Assembly: GCF_964355755.1 (NCBI RefSeq)
Contig: NC_092680.1
Coordinates: forward strand, 372,001 to 436,000
Direction: 5' to 3'
DNA length: 64,000 nt
Source of the DNA: Antedon mediterranea
Lineage: Eukaryota > Animalia > Echinodermata
A program made the translations under genes and the position numbers. The notes beneath the pieces are model-generated. The model was not told the DNA's origin and searched no databases. It saw only the letters and a program-made list of their open reading frames with translations. This document shows, one piece after another, positions 39,304 through 50,000 of this stretch; position 1 is the stretch's first letter; every line of letters begins with the position of its first letter.

Positions 39304-40234
39304 ATGCATTACACTGTTAAGACAATAATAACTTATATGAGCCCAGTAGATTGTGGACGGGCCTCCAGCCTTGTGTACACTCGGAGTGTTACAGGCTTAG
39401 AACTTAACTGTGTTGTTGCAAGATACAGGGCAGAATGGACACGGCTCATACAGTTGTAACAACTGCGAAAGCGATCAACGCCAATTATTCAATAATAAAT
39501 AATATAATAATGCGATATTTATATAGCGCTATTTCATAAAAATGAGAGCGCTTCAATTCTCAATATTTGATACATACAAAAATATTAAAATAACCTTAAA
39601 ACATGAGGAAATTTGAAATTATTTATGTTATAAGGTGTAGGTCGAACAGTGATATACATAAAGTGAATTACCGTATATTATATCAGGGAATTTCACTGTT
39701 CCCTGATTGTACAAATGTTTACTACTTTAAAAAGTAGTTGCAGTTTAGGCCTAATTCGCTATTGACGTAACACCATCTTACAAATTTGTACAAAGTAAGA
39801 ACCATTATGTTGTTGTGTTCACACTCAGTCAGTGCCATTCAGTTTACCTTTAACTCTAACATATTCACGTACAGTGAAGAGAAACATCCTTAAAAATTAA
39901 ACAAAACCTCCTATAAAAGTGAATACAAAAATATAGGGAAAATACATTCTTTTTTGTTCAGATTGGTGAATTTGTTAAAAGGGAAATATCACACTTTTTA
40001 AGTGTGATCGGTGAATACCACAGGTGCTTAATGGCTCTAAATGTTACATGATATCAAAGGGTACATAGAAGGCAGAAGGCAAACTGTTTATTATTATGCA
40101 ATATTATGTCGCAATCTCTATTGTTATGTAAATTAGATCTTAAAAGTAAGTCCCTTCTCTTCTATGTCTACGCATAAACTTTATTTATTCACGAAAGCAT
40201 TGATTAAGTGTATTGATTTCAGGTTTACATTATA

Positions 40235-40470
40235 CTATTTATTATAGTATTTTTCTTGTAAACATAGGTGGTTACATAGTTTGTTAACATTAGAATATCG
40301 GTTACATTTAGTTAGTATTTTCCATTTAATGTCTTTTATGATATGATTTATTTTATCATCATTCAGCTTCCAAATATATTGGCTAAGCCTAAATCTTGTA
40401 CTGTCTCTAGCCTTTACATTACGGAATGAATTTCCAAGAGAATGCTTCACAGAAAGGAATGTGCCGACAA
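40235..40470 (-). mobile_element. Penelope-like retroelement fragment (region C-terminal to the GIY-YIG motif)
   Basis: Translation SFRNVK..ST..LSQYIWKL...IKWKIL...Y...C..LCLQEK matches the pattern I recognise from Penelope-like element ORF C-termini; truncated by a family A MITE. Confidence 0.65.
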
Positions 40471-41766
40471 ACAATCCATATTTGGGAATATCACTACCAT
40501 ATTTAGGCACATCACACTTTTTTTTTGTCAAACTAGTTTATAGGGTAGACAGAGTTTAATGATGTACAAACAAAACCAATACACACAATGTCAAGTATGA
40601 TTGCTATTGCTAAAGCTCTGTCTACACTATTAAACTTTAAGTGAAAAAAAATGTGATGTGCCCAATATGGACACGATGATGTCATATCACTACCATATTT
40701 AAGCATATCATTACCATATTTGGGCATAATTATTTAGCTCATCAGAAAGCTTGATTGGTCAGTTTTAGCATGGTGAAACAGCTGTCACAATCGGAGAACT
40801 AAAGTTGTAGACGTTTTTGTATCAGGAAAAGGTTACGAATGTTAGACAATTTGGGATCATCTTACTTCAGAAATCAATGTCGACGATGTTTCATAACATT
40901 AAGATTTTTTTTTTACAAATTAAATCACATACACATGGTTATAGCGGTCTGTTGATACGGCTCTTGATTCATAAAAACATTAGAAATAGCCCGTTGAGCC
41001 TAAATAAAAGGGGTGATTTTTGTGAACAAAAAAATTGCATATGAAGGTGGTGGATGAAAGAAAGTTGATTTGTTATACGTGATCAGGACAACATTTATTA
41101 TGCATTCATTAAAAAATGAAAAAACCTTTTTGCTACAAATTTGACCCGCTTAAATGCTAGATTCAGTAGCCTAAAAAAGGGGCATTATGTCTACACGGAA
41201 CTCAACTAAACTCAACTGTGAAATCGAACTCATTCCTACTGGTTGCTGTAGTAGTGATCGAATAAGTTTGAAGTTTTCAGTTCCGGAAAAAAAAGAAATA
41301 ATACCGTTACATTTTGATGTTATTGAATGGTGTTAATGGGACTTCTATTTTAAACAGTTTAGTATGCCGTGCGTTGTTATGCAAATGAGTTTATACAGGT
41401 GTAGTGGGGAAGATGGTATTGTTAGTCATTCGCGGTCAACACACCACACTGTTAAATTTTGATTTTGTTACCGGTAATCTTTTAGATTAGAAGATTGTTC
41501 AAATCAAGTAAAGAAACAATTTTCCGCGCGGAAACCTAGCAGCTCCTCTCTTTTAGTTTGTAAAAGTAATCTCGAAAAGAACTCCATGTGGAAAAAGAAG
41601 CCCACCCAAGAGTACTAAAAACTGATTTTATGGCAGTCAAATGGAAAAATGAATGCCATACAATTTTTATTTCTGATTTTAAAAAAGGTTTACTTTTGAC
41701 ATTTTCAACCCTCTAAATATCTGTCAAAATAAATGGAAAAAATATCAATTTTCCATTAAAAAAAAA

Positions 41767-41845
41767 TGTATCCGTAGAGGTTCGAACCCACCAAATCTAG
41801 AGCTGTGAGCACGCAAACCTGAGCATTACCCGTTACGCCACAACG
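41767..41845 (-). pseudogene. Degenerate tRNA-like sequence (tRNA pseudogene or SINE head)
   Basis: The minus strand has an A box TGGCGTAACGGG and a B box GGTTCGAACC followed by a T-run; the acceptor and anticodon stems do not pair properly. Confidence 0.5.
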
Positions 41846-41943
41846 TAACATGAGTGAACAGCTGATAATAGTCTATTTATACATGTATTACGCAATTCAT
41901 CATTACGTGATAAATATCGTATTAACCCTTCTAAAACCAAATT

Positions 41944-42170
41944 GATCAGTTAGCTCAGTCGCCTGAGCGTTGTGTTAACACATTATGTCGTGGGTTCGAT
42001 TCCCACGCTGGTCGTCGGTGCGAGTCACTGTGTTTGGGGTTCACAGATAATACGTCCACCACACATCATGAGGCGACAACATCAATGCATCTGGTGATGT
42101 GCTGGAAACGACCCCAAAAGGCTGTGGCAGGGCCTTTTAGTGCTGAGGCAGGGAAAGCACATTTAACATC
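41944..42170 (+). mobile_element. tRNA-derived SINE
   Basis: Head gatcagttagctcagtcg...gtgggttcgattcccacgctggtc (A and B boxes, T arm) followed by a ~150-bp non-tRNA body. Confidence 0.65.
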
Positions 42171-44061
42171 TTTTTTTAATTAATTAATTTTTTTTTAAAT
42201 GTATTTGATCTCGTAAAATTTAGGTTTGGCGCCCTCATTCTCTTCGTTCGTTACGTATTTAGAATGAAATTTATTCATCGCAGGAGTACGAAGCGGTTTG
42301 GTATGCCGTGCATTGTTATGCAAATGAGTTTATACAGGTGTAGTGGGAAAGATAGTATTGTTAGTAATTCGCGAGCAACACGCCACACTGTTAAATTTTG
42401 ACGTTACTACATTGCTAGCGAAATATCCGATTCATGCAAGATATTGTATTATAATATAAATAAACGTTTGGTAGTTGGCGTGTGTTGCCGCACCGTCCCA
42501 GAAAAAAATATGTTAGAAATCTTAATGAAATACAAACTTAGGCCTAATTGAATAAAATATTGTCATGCATTATTTAATATAATTTTATATATCATAACTA
42601 CTGTAGCTAACATTGTACTAATTATACCAAATATCAGCTGGATAAATTACACTTCATGATAATAATGGAATATTAACCCAATCATACTTTTTGGTTAAAA
42701 ATTAATATACAACATATAATAAGATGGTACATTGTTAGATGATAAATGTAATACCTGTAGTGTGTATTTTTTATTCGTAAATTTCCTTGTTTTGTGTTAA
42801 GTTAAGACCCCCATTCTTTGAATCATCGGAGAAGCCTACTATAGTATTAAATAGCTCGCAGTACAATATAAAAAGACACAAAAGGACAGAATCGTATTTC
42901 GATATTGTAATAACAAGATAATAATAATTATCTAGTAATTACGAGATGATGGCTGACTTTTTTTATTTTATTTGATTTGGTTGGCAGCTGAATACTGATC
43001 GTTTCTCTTCTGTGTAAAAAAAGTAAAAAGAGGCGTTCAAATTAATTATTTCTGCCTTCCCGTAGCCCGCCCTCTTTAGTTTGTAAATCACACAATCTTA
43101 TCGTCGGCTTGTTGCATCACCAAATTTGTCATTACTCATAATTTATTTTTAGTTTAGAACATCCTAATGGTATTTAAGTAATTGTAATTTGGGTCTCATG
43201 GTTGCCAGTATTTTTTGGTATTGTTGAGGTAAGATCCGTTTCGAATAAATGGCTAGAAGAAGAAGACCTAGGACTAGCTACTACTAGCCTAGCTAGGCCT
43301 AGCTAGCTAGGCTCACCACCAGCCTCTTTTTGCGGTGCGCGCCCCTCTTGCACTAGCCTACTCATTTAGAGTGGTGTGCGATAGGCCTAGCGATATAGAG
43401 GCTAGCCTAGGCTACCGTCGTATTGCAGTGCCAGTGGGCCAGGCCTAGCTAGACTAGACGATCGGGGATCACGTAGGATCGAGCCCATTCTTGTAAGACG
43501 ATCGGGCCCAACAAGGTTCTAATATTATTTAATAATATGATACCGAGATCTGACTATATTTATTAATACCATCATGATGATTAAATTAAAATTAAACAGT
43601 GCGCACGTTACTTTCTAGTAGGTCTAGCCGAGGCCTACTACAATACAGTTAGGCCTAGTACTATGCTCGCAATGCCATTGACGCAGTGTTTTTCTACACT
43701 TTTTAGATCATTATTCTGAAAATAAATTTATTATGAAAATATTATTTTGAGTGAATATATTTAACTATTTTTTATAAGATCAAGTATTTATCAATATCAA
43801 GATCAAGTTATTGCCATTTCACTCAACCAAACATGCAGTCCGTGGCATAAGCTTGTACTTTTTAATGAAACTTACACAGAGGGTACGCGATAACCAGAGA
43901 TGGTGTTTGTACGTTATAAATAAGGGATCTTCAGAATTTATTGTAGAGATCATTTCTTTGATGTTGTGTCAGTTTGCTAGTTATTGCCTTTTATTTTTCT
44001 AATGATACTAAATGTTTTACTAAATACTAAAAATATTTTGTTTTTCTTTAGACAATAAAAA

Positions 44062-47000
44062 ATGGATGTGATAGAGACTTATGGATTATTATGTGCATCT
44101 CATTCATTTGAAGTGATCATAACTACCTTGACTCTTGCTATTTACCTGTTGTCTGTAAACCTAGGCCTTGAAATCACACCACCATGCAGCTCAAGCATTC
44201 CTTGCTTTAATGCAACAAAGGTAAAAACCAGATATTGTAACCCTGAAATAATTGTAGCCCACCCCTATTGTGTCCTGTTGCCCAATACCGTAAAATCTCA
44301 AAAAGAAGCCTATCTGGGGGAAAAAGCCCCTGCCCCCTCCAACCCTCTGTTGGCAAAAGTGATCTCGTATCTAGAAGCCCATCTTGAAAACAAGCCCACC
44401 CAAGAGTCCTAATAAGAAGTCCATGAGCTTCTTATCGAGGTTTTACAGTATTGTGTTGATGGACAGTAAGCGGAAAAGCAAACAAAACAGCTATCCCCTA
44501 TCAGTAGTAAACGCACATGTACTGGAAAGCTCTTCTTAAGTTGTAGTACTGTATTTTGCATACTCCATACTTCTAAAAATGATTAGCAATATGAAACCTT
44601 AAGTTTGAAATTAAAGTTTAATGCTCGCGAAAGTCTCTCATTTTACAGTAATACCAACACCAATCAAATCATGATAATGTTAAGTACAATTATTTTTTTT
44701 CGCTAGGATGAGGCAGTTTTTGGTGATATATTGATGACCTTTGCAAGGTCACTAGCTGTTTGTTACATTTACTTCCAGTTTCGAAACTTAAAAAAGAGAC
44801 ATTCCAAGTATGTCATTGGTAAGTTTTATAGATACATACCTTTCTCAATAACTACATTCTTATGCCTTAGAATTCCAAGTGCTCTATCGTTTTTCTAGAT
44901 TAGTTTTCTAGATGTTCAAGTGAAACAGCTAGCAACTACTGTATTATTTTTAATTTTCAATAACTGCAATGACAGTAAAGTTAAAGATTATAATTATTTA
45001 ATTGTTTTTTTTCGTTATAGGTGTTGCAGCTCTCTTTACTGGCTTGTGTGCGTTTATATTTGCCAGTGTTGCTGTACACGTCTTTAACAAAGATCTTGTA
45101 AATATTCCGTAAGTATACATTGAATTTGCCAAATTTGAATTGAAATATTTGATTTATACTGGGTGACCTCTGGGTGACCTCTTCAGTCAAAGACTGATCT
45201 CCCAGAGGCCCCAGTTGTGACCAGTGGCTGTGATGTACTAGTACATCAGGATAACCCCTACTTGTCTCAAAAGATGTACTAGGTTCTTTAAAATGAGATG
45301 AATGTGTACACATTATACAGTTATTATTATCTGAGAAGACTCAATGTGTAAAAAACTTGTTGCTTCTCATGTATGTCATATTTGTAGCTTAAAAATAAAA
45401 AGAGTATGAAAATTGTGCTTTGGATAATTTTATTTTTTATTTTCAGAGATGTTTTACCAGTTTTTCTTTTAATGGTTGATCTTTCCAAATCAAGTCAGTT
45501 GACCAGTTTTGCCGTTGCAGCAGATAATGAGGTGAACAATCTTAAAATTTGTCCAAAATATCCAAACTTATTGAATCATCAAGCTATTTCGATTAAGCCG
45601 TGGGCTATGCTCACGCTAAGATTAATTGTACACACATACAATACACTGACATTAAAATCATCTTTATATTAACTCTTTAAATTGATTTAAAAATATTATA
45701 TTTGCAAATGTTTTTGTGTAATACAAAAGAGCTTATAAGCACAACTGTACACAAACAGCTTTTTAACAATATTTTTTTTATTTTTTGGTTTCAGGTAAAA
45801 CTTGCAGAGAGCATAGCTCATGGTCTGAAAACAATGGCACCATCAGTGACTTTAGATGCAGTTGTCATGGCCTTGGCTTTTTCTCTAGGTTCACAGTCGG
45901 GTAAGATGGAGTACATAATATTTATTATTCTGTGGCTTGCTCAAGTAATTGGAATGAAAAGAAGGTGCATTAAACTTTTGGTTTTTCAGGTGTACATCAG
46001 TTGGAGTTGATGTGTTCCTTTGCATTCATTGCTATTATAACCAACTATGTTGTCTTCATGACTGTCTTCCCAGCATGCCTTTCACTTGTACTTGAGGTTA
46101 GTATAACTGGATTGAACATGTCATTAGAAAAGAAAATGAAGATCCTACAAAAATACGTACTTTCTACACAGAATAAAAAACGAAATGGAAGATACCATCA
46201 GTATTTGATTTATTTAATTTTTATGTGAATCATATTTTAAAAGGGTGATCCATCCAGCAATTGGTGATCATTTGGGACCCTCAGAACAGATACAATTTCA
46301 CAATATAAAACAATAGCAGTAAAGAAAAAAAAAAGTCTATACATAAATAAATTACATGAGAATTAAAAATGTGAATAAGAAAATTTGGAATATAGTAAAC
46401 AACTGATATGTTAAATTACTGATAAAGTTGTGCAAACAAGTCAAATTGGTAGATGCAACTACATCAGGGCCAGCTTCACTAGAAGAGTCCCGACATAGTA
46501 TATTACTAACTGTCAAATTGGTAGATGCAACTACATCAGGGCCAGCTTCACTAGAAGAGTCCTGACATAGTATATTACTGACTGTCAAATTGGTAGATGC
46601 AACTACATCAGGGCCAGCGCACTAGAAGAGTCCCGACATAGTATATTACTGACTGTCAAATTGGTAGATGCAACTACATCAGGGCCAGCTTCACAAGAAG
46701 AGTCCTGACCTAATATATTACTTAATTTATTTTTGTCAAACTAGTTTGATAGTGTAGACTGAGCTTTACTTTTTGTTTTCAATCACTAGCTTTGTAATCA
46801 TGGGGTAAGTGGATATCCTGTATGGAAACAAGGCAAATCATCAGAGTCATTAGAAGAACAGCAACCAAGTACAGCTAATCCTGTACTACAGAAGGTCAAA
46901 CTAGTTATGGTGAGTACATCACCTTACCTGGTAAGCTAATCCTGTACTACAGAAGTTTAACTAGTTACGGTTAGTACATCACCTTACCTGGTACAGCTAA

Positions 47001-50000
47001 TCCTGTACTACAGAAGGTTAAACTAGTTAGGTGAGTACATCGCTTTACCTGGTACAGCTAATCCTGTACTACAGAAGGTTAAACTAGTTATGGTGAGTAC
47101 ATCACCTTACCTGGTACAGCTATTCCTGTACTACAGAAGGTTAAACTAGTTATGGTGAGTACATCACCTTACCTGGTACAGCTAATCCTGTACTACAGAA
47201 GGTCAAACTAGTTATGGTGAGTACATCACCTTACCTGGTACAGCTATTCCTGTACTACAGAAGGTTAAACTAGTTATGGTGAGTACATCACCTTACCTGG
47301 TACAGCTAATCCTGTACTACAGAAGGTCAAACTAGTTATGGTGAGCACATCACCTTACCTGGTACAGCTAATCCTGTACTACAGAAGGTCAAACTAGTTA
47401 TGGTGAGTACATCACCTTACCTGGTACAGCTAATCCTGTACTACATAAGGTCAAACTAGTTATGGTGAGTACATCACCTTACCTGGTACAGCTAATCCTG
47501 TACTACAGAAGGTCAAACTAGTTATGGTGAGTACATCACCTTACCTGGTACAGCTATTCCTGTACTACAGAAGGTTAAACTAGTTATTGTGAGTACATCA
47601 CCTTACCTGGTACAGCTAATCCTGTACTACAGAAGGTCAAACTAGTTATGGTGAGTACATCACCTTACCTGGTAAGCTAATCCTGTACTACAGAAGGTTA
47701 AACTAGTTATGGTGAGTACATCACCTTACCTGGTACAGCTAATCTGTACTACAGAAGGTCAAACTAGTTATGGTGAGTACATCACCTCACCTGGCACAGC
47801 TAATCCTGTACTACAGAAGGTTAAACTAGTTATGGTGAGTACATCACCTTACCTGGTACAGCTAATCCTGTACTACAGAAGGTTAAACTAGTTATGGTGA
47901 GTACATCACCTTACCTGGTACAGCTAATCCTGTACTACATAAGGTCAAACTAGTTATGGTGAGTACATCACCTTACCTGGTACAGCTAATCCTGTACTAC
48001 AAAAGCTCAAACTAGTTATGGTGAGTACATCACCTTACCTGGTACAGCTATTCCTGTACTACAGAAGGTTAAACTAGTTATGGTGAGTACATCACCTTAC
48101 CTGGTACAGCTAATCCTGTACTACATAAGGTCAAACTAGTTATGGTGAGTACATCACCTTACCTGGTAAGCTAATCCTGTACTACAGAAGGTTAAACTAG
48201 TTATGGTGAGTACATCATCTTACCTGGTACAGCTAATCTGTACTACAGAAGGTCAAACTAGTTATGGTGAGTACATCACCTTACCTGGCACAGCTAATCC
48301 TGTACTACAGAAGGTTAAACTAGTTATGGTGAGTACATCACCTTACCTGGTACAGCTAATCCTGTACTACAGAAGGTTAAACTAGTTATGGTGAGTACAT
48401 CACCTTACCTGGTACAGCTAATCCTGTACTACAGAAGGTTAAACTAGTTATGGTGAGTACATCACCTTACCTGGTACAGCTAATCCTGTACTACAGAAGG
48501 TTAAACTAGTTATGGTGAGTACATCACCTTACCTGGTAAGCTAATCCTGTACTACAGAAGGTTAAACTAGTTATGGTGAGTACATCACCTTACCTGGTAA
48601 GCTAATCCTGTACTACAGAAGGTTAAACTAGTTATGGTGAGTACATCACCTTACCTGGTACAGCTAATCCTGTACTACAGAAGGTCAAACTAGTTATGGT
48701 GAGTACATCACTTTACCTGGTACAGCTAATCCTGTACTACAGAAGGTTAAACTAGTTATGGTGAGTACATCACCTTACCTGGTACAGCTAATCCTGTACT
48801 ACAGAAGGTCAAACTAGTTATGGTGAGTACATCACCTTACCTGGTACAGCTAATACTGTTGTTACACAAAGAAAATAATAATTTCTAAATTCTTGTTCTT
48901 CCCTCTTTATGAAATGACAAATGAATAACAAATAAGTTAAAATGAATTTTTATTTATTTAAATTAGTCTTTTGGGCTTGTGGTTGTACATGCACATCGCT
49001 TCACATCTGATGATGTCATAGAAGATAGAAACAACCAGACATTGCTGGTGCCTTCTGGTGATGACACTGTTGAAATGACGCATCAAATACCTTTATGGCA
49101 ATTGTATATTATGAGGTAATATTTTATAAATACTGTAAATTACTGTATCCTATAATCTCTTTCTTCAAGTCTCCTTTCGTCTACCGCCCTGATCTGTAAA
49201 GTCTCTAATGTTCAACCAAGTACTGTCCAACACATACATTTGTTTTATTTCATAGGGCTGTTACTGTTAATGTGGAACAAGTATTTACCTGTGTGTTAGC
49301 TCTAGTTCTCATGGCTAAGTTCTTCTATATTGATGTGGCTGATAAAAAACGCACCAGGTTCACCAGTTATAATAGTGGTAAGAATTTAATTATTTAATTT
49401 AAAGATGTATTGTCCCCCAAAATCATGAAAAATGAAGATTAGTAAAAAAAGACTTTGAATAGTCCATTTCGCAGTTTTTTAAGTAATCACTTCCGTAGAA
49501 AAAAACACTTAAAAAAAAAATGATTCTTATGAATTAAATGAATACCATTTCCTAAAACTATATTCAATATTATACTAAATTTACATTTACAATATGCATT
49601 TCTTTCAGAACACTCTAACTGTGATCTTTATGACGGTATTGACCTATCGTCATTGCTACACAAACACAAAGATTTAACAGACATATCAACACAAACAACA
49701 CCAAAAAGGAAAAGGATGTTTAGAATTGGTAGTGTGACATCTGAGAACTCATCTAGTAGTGAAGCAGAGCAGTCTGAAGAGGATGAACACAGTGCATGTC
49801 TTCCCAAGCAGCCGAGGTCATTAGAGGAATGTCTGAAAATCCTGAATAATCCAGATGTAAGTTAATTGTTTCTAAAAAATGTATTGTTACTTCTGTTACT
49901 CTCTCTTTTTTTTGTATTACTCTTTCCATGATTTGTTTCCATATTTTTCTGTTTTGGGCAGGATGGTTTGTTATTGTTAGTCTACATTTTTCCCTTTTAA

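Noticed and set aside
41767-42012. Functional tRNA genes
   Set aside because: The minus-strand copy has poorly pairing stems; the plus-strand copy has an imperfect D/anticodon region and runs into a SINE-like body without a terminator.
42830-43230. SREBP element in the HMGCR promoter
   Set aside because: Only short, partial ATCAC matches, not distinguishable from chance.
46920-46935. U1 snRNA gene or pseudogene
   Set aside because: Only 9 nt match the U1 5' end; no further U1 sequence follows.
46869-48854. CRISPR-like array
   Set aside because: No unique spacers, units are head-to-tail identical, the context is a eukaryotic intron, and there are no cas genes.
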